DNA of 64,000 bases from assembly GCA_965248355.1 (NCBI GenBank), contig OZ252098.1, forward strand, positions 1,152,001 to 1,216,000, written 5' to 3'. Position 1 is the stretch's first letter; each line of letters starts with the position of its first letter. Below are positions 9,341 to 18,350 of the stretch, in pieces. A model generated the notes under the pieces. The model saw only the letters and a list, made by a program, of their open reading frames with translations, ran no database searches and was not told where the DNA came from. The stretch is from Candidatus Latescibacterota bacterium. GTDB taxonomy: Bacteria > Latescibacterota > UBA2968 > UBA8231. Made by a program: the position numbers and the translations under genes.

Positions 9341-10564
9341 ATGAAGATCGTCAAAGCCGAACACTACGACCTCCACATCCCGTTCTATGCCGACCACGTG
9401 GTCCGGGCCATGCACCGCGCCCAGACCCACGACGAGGGCGTCCACGTCAACCGCATCGAGCTCGACGACGGCAGCGTCGGCTACGGCGACGGGGGCGGTC
9501 CGGGCGCCGCCCTGGTGGGCCGAAACCCCCTCGAGGTCCTGCACGACGACGGCATCGGCTTCGGCAACCAGCTCGCCATCCTCGACGCCGTGGGGCGCGC
9601 CACCGGCACCCCCGCCCACGCCTTCCTCGGCCGCCGGCTGCGCGACCGCTGCCCCCTGTCCTGGTGGGACATCGACATGCCCCCGGCCGACTGGGTGAAG
9701 GAGGCCGAGGAGTCCCTGAAGCGCGGCTACACGACCTTCAAGATGAAGGCCCGCCCCTGGTTCGACATCCACGAGCAGGTGGAGAGGGTGGGCGCCGTCG
9801 TGCCCGCCGACTACCGCTTCGACGTCGACTTCAACGGCTTCCTGCTCAACGCCGCCCGAGCCGAGGAACACCTGTCCCGTCTCGACGACCGCCTCAACGT
9901 CGGCATGTACGAGAGCCCCTTCTACCTGCACAACGACCTGACGGGGGCCCGCATCCTGCGGGAGCGGATCCGCAAGCCGGTGGTGGAGCATTTCAACGAA
10001 GGAGTCCTGCACGCCCACGCCAGCGACGGATTCGTCATCGGCGGCGGCATCCAGGGCGTGCTGCGCCAGGCGGGGCTGGCGGCGCAGTTCAACAAGCCCT
10101 TCTGGCTGCAGCTCGTGGGCACGGGGATCACCACCGCCTACGCCCTGCACCTCGGGTCGGTCCTGTCCCACGCGCAACTGCCCTACATCACCTGCTTCGA
10201 GTTGTTCGAGGACGATCTGCTCGTCGACCCGATCCGCGTCGTCGACGGGCACGCCGCCGTGCCGGAGGGTCCCGGCCTCGGCGTCGAGATCGACGAGGAC
10301 GCCATCGAGCGCTACCGCGTCGACCCGGGCGAGCCGACGCCGGGCCAGAGGTACCGCCAGCAGAAGCGCATCCTGCGGGTACGGTGGCCGGGGCAGGGGG
10401 TGGACCGGGTCCGGGAGTTCACCGCCGAGGCCCATTACCAGCGCGAGTTCTACGCCGGATCGATCCCGCCCTTCCAGGCCGGCGTGGGCCTGGAGGTGGA
10501 GGAGGACGACGGATCCGCCGCCTTCGCCAAGGCCCACGAGGCGATCGCCGCCCGCGGTCTGTAG
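9341..10564 (+). CDS. Enolase superfamily enzyme (mandelate racemase/muconate lactonizing-like)
   Basis: N-terminal capping domain (GSVGYG, LDAVGRATGTP..LG..LRD), KMK catalytic motif, DVDFN/YESP acidic ligands, PGLGVEID. GGAG RBS upstream. Confidence 0.85.
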   Translation: MKIVKAEHYDLHIPFYADHVVRAMHRAQTHDEGVHVNRIELDDGSVGYGDGGGPGAALVGRNPLEVLHDDGIGFGNQLAILDAVGRATGTPAHAFLGRRLRDRCPLSWWDIDMPPADWVKEAEESLKRGYTTFKMKARPWFDIHEQVERVGAVVPADYRFDVDFNGFLLNAARAEEHLSRLDDRLNVGMYESPFYLHNDLTGARILRERIRKPVVEHFNEGVLHAHASDGFVIGGGIQGVLRQAGLAAQFNKPFWLQLVGTGITTAYALHLGSVLSHAQLPYITCFELFEDDLLVDPIRVVDGHAAVPEGPGLGVEIDEDAIERYRVDPGEPTPGQRYRQQKRILRVRWPGQGVDRVREFTAEAHYQREFYAGSIPPFQAGVGLEVEEDDGSAAFAKAHEAIAARGL

Positions 10565-10611
10565 CCAGACCGGCGACTCCGCACCGCCCGGGGACTTGGA
10601 CCGGCGAGCCT

Positions 10612-11616
10612 TCAGGCCTCGCGCCGGGCGCGGATGTCCTCGAAGCCGGTGAGGCTGTAGTCGATGCCCACGTAGTCGAGCAGGTTCGTCAGGCTGCGCA
10701 GGGCCACGCCGAAGCCGTCGACGCCGGAGACGCCCCCGAACTGGCCGCCCCCCTTCAGGTGCGGCTCGAGGTCGAGGAAGACGCCGGGCACGCCCAGGCG
10801 CTTGAGGCGGCGCGTCAGGGCCGGCAGGCGCCCGCGGAAGTCGCGCAGGATCGCCTCGTGGCCCGAGTCTCCCTCGTCGGCGGGGACGAAGTTCTTCAGC
10901 CGCTTCTCGTCCACGTGCCCCTGCCACTGCAGCTTCGGGTCGATCCGGTAGTCCTTGACGTGCATCCAGCCGATGCCGGCGCGCATGGCCTCGTACTCGG
11001 CGTAGGTCTCGTGGGGAAGCAGGTTCTGGCTGGACAGGTTGCCGCCGTCGAAGATCAGACAGAGGTTGGGGTGGGAGACCTTGCGGTACAGCCGCCGCAG
11101 GAGGCGGCCGTTCTGCCCCACCAGGTTGGCCTCCACCTCCAGGCCGAAGAGGGCCCCGCCCCGGGCGCAGACCTCGGCGATGCGGGCCAGGCGCTCGGCG
11201 GCCTCGTCCAGGTGGTCCTCCGCCGCCGTTCCCCGGGGGTGGTAGAAGGAGAACCCCCGCACCAGCCGCGTCTCGAACTCCCCCGCCAGGTCGACGGCGC
11301 GCTGCACCTCGCGGCCCAGGTAGCGCTCGAAGGGGACGTAGGCATTGGCGCTGCCGTCGTCGATGTCGAGGAGCTTGACCTTGCCGATGGGCGAGCCGAT
11401 GGAGGAGACGCGGATGCCGAACTCCCCGTGCAGCCGGCGCAGCCGCCGCACCTCGGCCTTGGTGAGGGTCATCACGTTCTTGACGCCGGAGCCGGCGTCG
11501 ACGAAGCGCAGGCTGTACCACGACATGCCCAGCGCCGACAGCATGGTCAGCTGGGACTCGGCCTTCTTGTCGGCGGGGCCCTCGTCGGCAAAGCCGCTGA
11601 GGATGACTTCGGGCAT
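10612..11616 (-). CDS. Sugar phosphate isomerase/epimerase (xylose isomerase-like TIM barrel)
   Basis: LSGFADE, SSIGSPIGK, RGFSFY, LEVE, FDGGN, MHVKD, LEPHL. Confidence 0.85.
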   Translation of the reverse strand: MPEVILSGFADEGPADKKAESQLTMLSALGMSWYSLRFVDAGSGVKNVMTLTKAEVRRLRRLHGEFGIRVSSIGSPIGKVKLLDIDDGSANAYVPFERYLGREVQRAVDLAGEFETRLVRGFSFYHPRGTAAEDHLDEAAERLARIAEVCARGGALFGLEVEANLVGQNGRLLRRLYRKVSHPNLCLIFDGGNLSSQNLLPHETYAEYEAMRAGIGWMHVKDYRIDPKLQWQGHVDEKRLKNFVPADEGDSGHEAILRDFRGRLPALTRRLKRLGVPGVFLDLEPHLKGGGQFGGVSGVDGFGVALRSLTNLLDYVGIDYSLTGFEDIRARREA

Positions 11617-11697
11617 GCGTTTCGACTCCTCCGGGTGCGGCGCGGCCACGGTGGAACGGCCAGGGGCGGGACGGGACGGCGGGCGAGCGCTCCCGCC

Positions 11698-13116
11698 TCA
11701 GGCGGGAGCGCCCTCCTCTTCCTCGGGGATGCGGTATTCAGGCGCCAGGTTCTCGAAGCTGGCGCTCTCCTTGTTCCACATCAGTCTCTCGGAACCGGTG
11801 GGACCGTTGCGCTGTTTGCCGATGATGATCTCCGCCAGGCCCTCGAGAGGGCCGCCGTCGTCGTTGGACTTGAGCCCGTAGAGCTCGGGGCGGTAGATGA
11901 ACATGACCACGTCGGCGTCCTGCTCGAGGGAGCCCGACTCCCTCAGATCGGACAGTTGCGGGCGCCGGTCGGTGCGGGCCTCCGGGGCCCGCGACAACTG
12001 GGAGAGAGCCAGGACGGGCACGTCGAGCTCCTTGGCCATCGCCTTCAGGCCGCGGGAGATGCGGGAGACCTCCTGCTCGCGGCTCTGCAGGTTCTCGTGG
12101 CTGCCCATCAGCTGCAGGTAGTCGATGATGAAGAGGCCGACGCCGTGCTCCCGCTGCAGCCGGCGCGCCTTGGCCCGCGCCTCGAGGACGCTGATGCCGG
12201 CCGTGTCGTCCACGTAGATCGGCGCCTGGGCCAGACGGCCCACCTGGCGGGTCAGGTGCAGCCAGTCCTCCTGCCCCAGCCGGCCCATGCGCAGCTTCTG
12301 CAGGTCGACTCTCGTCTGGATGCACAGCAGCCGCTGCGCCACCTGCTGCCTGGACATCTCGAGGCTGAAGACGGCCACGCCCACATTGTGCTCGACGGCG
12401 GCCCGGCAGGCGAAGCACAGGGCCAGGGCCGTCTTGCCCACGCTCGGCCGGGCCGCCAGGATCACCAGGTCTCCTTTCTGGAATCCGGAGGTGATGTCGT
12501 TGAGGTCCTTGAAGCCGGTGTCGACGCCGGAGACCGCGCTGCTGAGGTTGTGGGCGCGCTCGAGCTGCTCGAAGGTCTCGCCGAGGACCTGGTCGAGCGG
12601 CTCGAACCCCTGGGTCAGCCCCCTCTCGGAGAGGGCGAAGATGCGCTGCTCGGCCCAGTCGATCAGCTCGTGGACGTCGCTGCGTCCCTCGAAGGCGCGG
12701 TTCGAGATCTCGGCCGAGGCCTCGATCAGGCCGCGGCTCAGTCCGCGCTCGACGACGATCCGGGCGTGATGCTCGATGTTGGCGGCCGAAGCCACCCCGG
12801 CGGCCAGCTCGGCCAGGTAGACGACCCCCCCCGCCGGTTCCAGCTGACCCTGGCGCTTGAGCTGCTCGCCCACGGTGAGCTGATCCACGGCCTCGTTGCG
12901 CTCGTAGAGCTCCCTCATGGCCACGAAGATGCGGGCGTGGGGGCCGTGGTAGAAGGCGTCCTCCTGGAGCAGCTCGAAGGCCCTTCCCACGGCGCGGGGG
13001 TCGATGAGCATGGCCCCGAGGACGGCCTGCTCCACCTCCACGGCCTGGGGCGGCATGCGGTCGAGCCGGCCCTGCGGCCCCTGGGGACCGTCGCGGCCGT
13101 TCGGCGGCTGGGTCAC
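11698..13116 (-). CDS. dnaB: Replicative DNA helicase
   Basis: PPQAVEVEQAVLGAML, AARPSVGKT, FSLEMS, IIDYLQLM, LSQLSR, SDLRESGSLEQDAD, KQRNGPTG. No intein. Confidence 0.97.
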   Translation of the reverse strand: MTQPPNGRDGPQGPQGRLDRMPPQAVEVEQAVLGAMLIDPRAVGRAFELLQEDAFYHGPHARIFVAMRELYERNEAVDQLTVGEQLKRQGQLEPAGGVVYLAELAAGVASAANIEHHARIVVERGLSRGLIEASAEISNRAFEGRSDVHELIDWAEQRIFALSERGLTQGFEPLDQVLGETFEQLERAHNLSSAVSGVDTGFKDLNDITSGFQKGDLVILAARPSVGKTALALCFACRAAVEHNVGVAVFSLEMSRQQVAQRLLCIQTRVDLQKLRMGRLGQEDWLHLTRQVGRLAQAPIYVDDTAGISVLEARAKARRLQREHGVGLFIIDYLQLMGSHENLQSREQEVSRISRGLKAMAKELDVPVLALSQLSRAPEARTDRRPQLSDLRESGSLEQDADVVMFIYRPELYGLKSNDDGGPLEGLAEIIIGKQRNGPTGSERLMWNKESASFENLAPEYRIPEEEEGAPA

Positions 13117-13126
13117 GGTGCTCTCC

Positions 13127-13900
13127 TCACAACTCGACCCCGTCGTACTGGCGGCGCACCCACTTGACGTCCTCCCAGGTGGCCCGCTTGAAGCCGGTGT
13201 TGCGCAGCAGCGCCGCCGGGTGGTAGGTGACGATCAGGGGGATGCCGGCGTACTCGTGCAGGGTGCCCCTCAGCCGCGACAGGGGAGCCTCGGTCTTGAG
13301 CAGGGCGTGGGCGGCGTGCCGCCCCAGGCAGCAGATCACCCTCGGCTTCACGATCTCGATCTGCCGCCGCAGGTAGGGCTCGCAGCTGTCCACCTCCTCC
13401 GGCTCGGGGTCGCGGTTGCCGGGGGGCCGGCACTTCAGGACGTTGCAGATGTAGACGTGCTCCCGGGACAGGTCCATGGCCTCGATGATCCGCGTCAGGA
13501 GCTGGCCGGCGGGTCCGACGAAGGGCCGTCCCTGGCGGTCCTCCTCCTCGCCGGGGGCCTCGCCGACGAAGAGGATGCCGGCCTCGGGATTCCCGGAGCC
13601 GAAGACGAAACGGGTCCGCGTGTGTCCGAGGGGGCACCGGATGCACTCGCAGATCTCTTGGTGGAAGGCGGCCAGCTCGGCCGCCGCCGAGCCTGCGTCC
13701 CCGGACTCCGCGGGGGCGCCGGGGTCCCTGGGGCCGGCCGCCTCCGGGGGCATCACCAACCAGCGGCCCTCGAAGAGGAGCAGGTCCTCCAGGCTGCGGC
13801 GGACCTCGGAAAGGACCGCGGCGGCCTCCGGCGGGGCGGCCTCATCCGGCACGGGCTCGTTCACGGCGTGAAGATCATCCGGCTCGTGGCGCCGTGTCAA
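13127..13900 (-). CDS. Uracil-DNA glycosylase family 4 (Fe-S)
   Basis: C..C.L, VFGSG, FVGEAPG, GRPFVGPAGQLL, NVLKCRPPGNRDP, TYHPAALLRN. Start uncertain: TTG at 13900 overlapping the coaBC stop, or GTG at 13864. Confidence 0.92.
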   Translation of the reverse strand: MTRRHEPDDLHAVNEPVPDEAAPPEAAAVLSEVRRSLEDLLLFEGRWLVMPPEAAGPRDPGAPAESGDAGSAAAELAAFHQEICECIRCPLGHTRTRFVFGSGNPEAGILFVGEAPGEEEDRQGRPFVGPAGQLLTRIIEAMDLSREHVYICNVLKCRPPGNRDPEPEEVDSCEPYLRRQIEIVKPRVICCLGRHAAHALLKTEAPLSRLRGTLHEYAGIPLIVTYHPAALLRNTGFKRATWEDVKWVRRQYDGVEL

Positions 13901-15138
13901 CGAGCGCCCCCTTCCGGCCGGGGACCTCGGCCCCGTTGGCGGAGCAGGTCGCGAACCCGGTCGAGGAGGCGGTCGGCCACCTCGAGTTTGCTCAGGCGAG
14001 GGAGCCGCTCCACGGGGCCTTCGGCGGCGAGGAAGGTGACCACGTTGGTGTCGCCAGCGAAGCCGGCGCCCGGCACGCGCAGGTCGTTGAGGACGACGAG
14101 GTCGGCCTGCTTGCGCTCCCCCTTCTCCCGGGCCCGGTCCTCGCCGCCTCCCGTCTCCATGGCGAAGGCGACGAGCACCCGCTCCCCCTTGCGGGCGCCG
14201 AGGTGGGCGGCGATGTCGGGGTTCTCCACCAGCTCGAGCCGCAGCTCGGCGCCCGCGCGCTTGAGCTTCTCCTCGGAGACGGCCCGCGGCCGGTAGTCGG
14301 AGACGGCGGCCGCCATGAGGGCCGCGTCGGCCGCGTCGAAGGCCTCTTCGCAGGTGCGCAGCATGTCGACGGCGGAACGCACGAAGGTGGTGCGCATCCC
14401 TTCCGGGGGCGGCAGACCGGTGGGGCCGCTGACGAGGTGCACCTCGGCGCCCCGCTGATGGGCGCGCCGGGCGAGGGCGAAACCCATCTTGCCGCTGGAG
14501 CGGTTGCTGAGGAAGCGCACCGGGTCCAGGTCCTCCACCGTCGGGCCCGCCGTGACGAGGATCCGCAGGCCGCCCAGATCCCCCCCGGACTCGCCGGTGA
14601 GGCGCTCCACGGCGGCTTCGAGGATGCGCTCCGGAGAGGCCATGCGGCCCCGGCCGGTGGCACCCGAGGCGAGGTACCCGCTTCCCGGCTCGATCCATCC
14701 CACGCCGTCGGACCGCAATCGCGCCGCGTTCGCCAGCACCCGGGGGTGCTCGAGCATCTCCTCTTCCATGGCCGGCGCCAGCAGGACAGGGGCCGGTGTG
14801 GCCAGGCAGATCGTCGTCAGGAGGTCGTCGGCGATGCCGGACGCCATCTTGCCCAGCAGGTTGGCCGTGGCCGGCGCCACCAGCAGCAGCTGCGCCCACC
14901 GCGCCAGCCCCACGTGGAGGACGGGGAACTCCTCGTCGGCGGCGAACAGGTCGCCGTGCACGGCATGCCCCGACAGCGCCGAGAGGGTGGGATCGGTGAC
15001 GAACCGGGCCGCGCTCGCGGTGCGCACGACGCGCACCTCGGCTCCCTCCTCCTGCAGCAGGCGCAGCACGAGGGGCGCCTTGTACGCGGCGATGCCGCCG
15101 CTGACCCCCAGCAGGACCCGCCGCCCGGACAGCCTCAT
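13897..15138 (-). CDS. coaBC: Bifunctional phosphopantothenoylcysteine decarboxylase/synthetase
   Basis: GVSGGIAAYK, APATAN, GIADDLL, APAM, VTAGPT.E.LDPVRFLSNRSSGKMG, AAAVSDY. ATGA overlap with the upstream kinase. Confidence 0.96.
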   Translation of the reverse strand: MRLSGRRVLLGVSGGIAAYKAPLVLRLLQEEGAEVRVVRTASAARFVTDPTLSALSGHAVHGDLFAADEEFPVLHVGLARWAQLLLVAPATANLLGKMASGIADDLLTTICLATPAPVLLAPAMEEEMLEHPRVLANAARLRSDGVGWIEPGSGYLASGATGRGRMASPERILEAAVERLTGESGGDLGGLRILVTAGPTVEDLDPVRFLSNRSSGKMGFALARRAHQRGAEVHLVSGPTGLPPPEGMRTTFVRSAVDMLRTCEEAFDAADAALMAAAVSDYRPRAVSEEKLKRAGAELRLELVENPDIAAHLGARKGERVLVAFAMETGGGEDRAREKGERKQADLVVLNDLRVPGAGFAGDTNVVTFLAAEGPVERLPRLSKLEVADRLLDRVRDLLRQRGRGPRPEGGAR

Positions 15139-15674
15139 CCGCACCCCTCCAGCATGGCCTCGACCTGGCCGCAGAGGCCCTCGGCATCGGTCCGGTCGGA
15201 GTGGACGACCAGATCGTAGATGGACAGGTCGGAGAGGTCGATCTGGTGATGGGCGGCGTAGCGCCTCCGCTCGGATCGCTCGCGCTCGAGGATCGCCGCC
15301 GTCGCCTCCTGCAGGGACTGCCGGTCGCGGCCGGCCACTCGCCGTGCCCTGGTGTGGATGTCGGCCTGGACCCAGACCTTGAGGGCGGCCAGTTCGTGGC
15401 GGTGCATCATCCAGCCCGTGATGCGTCCTTCGAGCACGCATCCAGGGGCCTGCCGGGCGAGCTCGGTCAGGCGCTGGTCGAGGCGCCGGTCGATGTCGCC
15501 GTCGGCCTCGGAGCGGCGCCCCAGGTCGGCCAGGGAGATCCCCAGCTCGCCGGCCAGATCGCGGAAGATCCGGCCCACGTTGACATGGTCCAGGCCCGTG
15601 CGTTCGGAGAGCCGCCGGCACAGGGTGCTGGTGCCGCTGCCGGGGAGGCCGCTGACCGTGATCCGTCGAGTCAT
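15135..15674 (-). CDS. cmk: (d)CMP kinase, archaeal-type (COG1102-like)
   Basis: ITVSGLPGSGTST, GRIFRDLA, IDRRLD, VLEGRITGW, RERSERRRY, IDLSDLSIYDLVV; 179 aa. Resembles the archaeal cytidylate kinase pattern, not Gmk. Confidence 0.8.
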   Translation of the reverse strand: MTRRITVSGLPGSGTSTLCRRLSERTGLDHVNVGRIFRDLAGELGISLADLGRRSEADGDIDRRLDQRLTELARQAPGCVLEGRITGWMMHRHELAALKVWVQADIHTRARRVAGRDRQSLQEATAAILERERSERRRYAAHHQIDLSDLSIYDLVVHSDRTDAEGLCGQVEAMLEGCG

Positions 15675-15687
15675 TGCCGGGCCGCCT

Positions 15688-16569
15688 TCAGGCCAGGTTC
15701 TGCACCTGCTCGCGCAGCCTCTCCACCTCTTCCTTGGCCGCCACCGCCCCGTGGACGATGCCGCTGGCCGCGGACTTCGACGAGAGGGTGTTGATCTCCC
15801 GGTGCATCTCCTGCAAGAGGAAGTTGAGCCGGCGGCCCACCTCCCCGCCCTTGTCGATGGCCTCGAGGAACCGCTCGTGGTGGCTGCGCAGGCGCACGAG
15901 TTCCTCGGTGATGTCGCTGCGCTCGGCGATCAGCACGATCTCCGTGGCCAGGCGGGCCTCGTCCATCTCGCCCGGCTTCAGCAGGCCTTCGACCTTCTCC
16001 CGGAGACGGCGGCGCACCTCCTCTCGGCCCTCGAGGGCGAGCTCTTCGATCCGGTCGGTGAGCCCGTCGATGGTGGCCAGTCTGGCGCGCAGGTCGGCGG
16101 CCAGCGCGGCGCCCTCCGACCGCCGCATCTCCTCGAGCTCGGCGAGGGCCTGGTCGAGGGCCTCCATGACGAGCCTCTCGAGCCGCTCCGGGTCGGGGCC
16201 CCGACTCGAGGTGCGAAACACCCCGGGCATCCGGGCCACAACCTCCAGGCCCACGGGGGGCAGGCCCGTCTCGCGCGCCAGGCGATCCAGCTCGGAGAAG
16301 TAGCGTTCGGCGATCTCCGGGTCGAGCTCGGGCAAGCCGTTGGACTCCCCGGTCTCCTCGCAGTCGATCGTCCCCGTCACCTTGCCGCGCGTCAGCCGGC
16401 CCTGGAGACGCTCGCGGACCCGGGGCTCGAGCTCCTGCAGAGGGCCGGGGCAGCGGACCGACAGGTCGAGGAAACGGCCGTTGACGGAGCGCAGGAGCGC
16501 CCGGACCCGGATCCCTTCCTCCTCGGCGCCGCCCGTGCCGAACCCGGTCATGCTCGCAATGCCTGCCAC
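15688..16569 (-). CDS. yicC: YicC/YloC family endoribonuclease
   Basis: SMTGFG, RSVNGRFLD, RGKV, DITEELVRL, GRRLNFLLQEMHREINTLSSK, REQVQNL. Confidence 0.94.
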   Translation of the reverse strand: MAGIASMTGFGTGGAEEEGIRVRALLRSVNGRFLDLSVRCPGPLQELEPRVRERLQGRLTRGKVTGTIDCEETGESNGLPELDPEIAERYFSELDRLARETGLPPVGLEVVARMPGVFRTSSRGPDPERLERLVMEALDQALAELEEMRRSEGAALAADLRARLATIDGLTDRIEELALEGREEVRRRLREKVEGLLKPGEMDEARLATEIVLIAERSDITEELVRLRSHHERFLEAIDKGGEVGRRLNFLLQEMHREINTLSSKSAASGIVHGAVAAKEEVERLREQVQNLA

Positions 16570-16578
16570 CCGAACCCC

Positions 16579-17835
16579 CTATCGCCCTGGATCCACGGCT
16601 AACTGCACGATGGTGGTAAACCCGGTGAGCCGGGACCGGTACGTCAAGCCCCCGAGGGTGATCTTGGTCAGCTCCGCGGTTCCCGCGACCCAGAGCTGCT
16701 GGTTGGCGCCGTCGATCACCACCCCCCGGGCGGCCTCCGCGTCCGGCCAGTGCAGGAGGGGTTGGCCGTCCGCCTGCAGGGCGGCGATGCCGGCCTCCCC
16801 CACGATCCAGACCTCCCCCGTGGGGGAGGCCACGTCGATCTGGCGAGCCGGGGCGAAGGGCAGATCCCGCTCCAGGCGGCCGCTCTCGGGCTGGAGTTGA
16901 AGGAGGCGGTGGCCTCCCTGGGCCAGGACCCAGGCCTGGCAGCACTCACCAGGCACGGGGTCGACGTCGACGATCCCCTCCAGGTCCCGCCATTCCCCGA
17001 GCCGCTCCCCGGCGACGTCGAAGTGCACGACGCGCCCGGCGGACGGGTCGGCCACCCAGAGGCTGCCTTCGGAGCCGACGGCGAGCCCCACGGAGTCGGA
17101 GAAGGCGGCGTCCACCTCGATCAGAGGCAGGGAATCGGCCTCGGCGGCCACCGCGAACCGGTAGACCCGGCGGCCGCCGGCCGGAGAGGCCCAGCCGATG
17201 CGGTGGTCCGGGTCGATGACCGCCGCCCCGACCCCGTCGAGGGGCGAGTCCACGGGGTGGACCTGGCCGTCGTCGGAGATCCGGTAGAGCCCGAGGGCTC
17301 CGTCCCCCACCCAGCAGTCGCCGGTCTCGCGATCGAGGGCGATGGCCGACAGGGACGGGAAGTGTCCCCGGGCAAAGAGTCCCTGGCGTCCATCGGGGGC
17401 CAGCCTCCAGACCAGCCCGCTGCCGGCGTCGGCGACCCAGGCGCGCTCGGGCCCCGGTGTGGCCAGATGCTCGCCGGCGATGGCGAGCTCCGGCTCACCC
17501 GGCACGTCGAGAGCGATGCGGTAGCGGTAGATCCGGCCGTTGGTCACGGCCTCGTCGACGAAGCTGGTGTCCGAGGCGGACAGGTCCCGCGCCATCGTGC
17601 TGTCCCCGCTCTCCCGGTAGAGGCGCACGGCGCGCAGATCATCGAAACGGGTGAAGTCCCAGCGAAGCTCGACCTGTCCGTCACCGGCCAGGGCGCGCAG
17701 GGGGGTGGCCAGGTCGAGGGGTTGCGAGGCGCCGGCGTCGAGGGGGTTCCGGCGGGCGCGGTCGGCGCAGGAGAGTACCATCAGCGCCGCCAGAGGGAGG
17801 AGGACCGCTGGGAGCCGAAGGCGTCCTGGGTTCAT
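16579..17835 (-). CDS. Putative lipoprotein with FN3-like domain and NHL/YVTN-like beta-propeller
   Basis: Lipobox-like VLSC followed by R.RRNPLD; FN3-like AGDGQVELRW...FVDEAVTNGRIYRY; repeated WVAD/WV motifs. Confidence 0.7.
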   Translation of the reverse strand: MNPGRLRLPAVLLPLAALMVLSCADRARRNPLDAGASQPLDLATPLRALAGDGQVELRWDFTRFDDLRAVRLYRESGDSTMARDLSASDTSFVDEAVTNGRIYRYRIALDVPGEPELAIAGEHLATPGPERAWVADAGSGLVWRLAPDGRQGLFARGHFPSLSAIALDRETGDCWVGDGALGLYRISDDGQVHPVDSPLDGVGAAVIDPDHRIGWASPAGGRRVYRFAVAAEADSLPLIEVDAAFSDSVGLAVGSEGSLWVADPSAGRVVHFDVAGERLGEWRDLEGIVDVDPVPGECCQAWVLAQGGHRLLQLQPESGRLERDLPFAPARQIDVASPTGEVWIVGEAGIAALQADGQPLLHWPDAEAARGVVIDGANQQLWVAGTAELTKITLGGLTYRSRLTGFTTIVQLAVDPGR

Positions 17836-17851
17836 CCGGTCCTCCGCTGCA

Positions 17852-18349
17852 TCAGAAGAAGACAAGGCAGGCGCTGAGGACGATCCCGGCTTCCATGGCC
17901 AGGAAGGCCGCTCCGGCGATGCGGTCGTAGCGCTCGGCCCGCTCGAAGGTCTGCTGCTGGCGGCGGGCGCCGGCGGAGCGCAGGTAGCGGTCGTAGGCGG
18001 CGTCCGCCTCGTCGGTGCTCCAGTAGGCGAGGGCGGCGCCGGCAACGGCCAGGGCCGCGCTGGCCGCCAGGGCCGGCCGCCAGACGATCCGCCCCTTTCC
18101 CGTCCCCTGTTGCGTGGCCGGGTCCTTCGCCATGAGCGGGCGGGGGCGGGGCGCCATCGCATGGGGGCGCGGAAAGGACCGGTGCCAGACGCCGAAGGCT
18201 CCCCTCCGGATGACCGGGGCGTCCGCCCGGGGCACCAGGATCTCGACCGGGCTCCCCCCCTGCGCGAAGCCCTCCGGCTGCGGATCCGGCTCGGCCGCGG
18301 CCAGCGTCGTGGAACCCGCCAACAGGATCACCATCCACAAGCGGCCCAT
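17852..18349 (-). CDS. Hypothetical exported/membrane protein
   Basis: Signal-like N-terminus and two C-terminal hydrophobic segments flanking ADAAYDRY. Sits in the operon with 2-16 nt gaps. Confidence 0.6.
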   Translation of the reverse strand: MGRLWMVILLAGSTTLAAAEPDPQPEGFAQGGSPVEILVPRADAPVIRRGAFGVWHRSFPRPHAMAPRPRPLMAKDPATQQGTGKGRIVWRPALAASAALAVAGAALAYWSTDEADAAYDRYLRSAGARRQQQTFERAERYDRIAGAAFLAMEAGIVLSACLVFF

Positions 18350-18350
18350 G

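Noticed and set aside
11698..13116. Intein in DnaB
   Set aside because: The length (472 aa) and contiguous motifs leave no room for an insertion.
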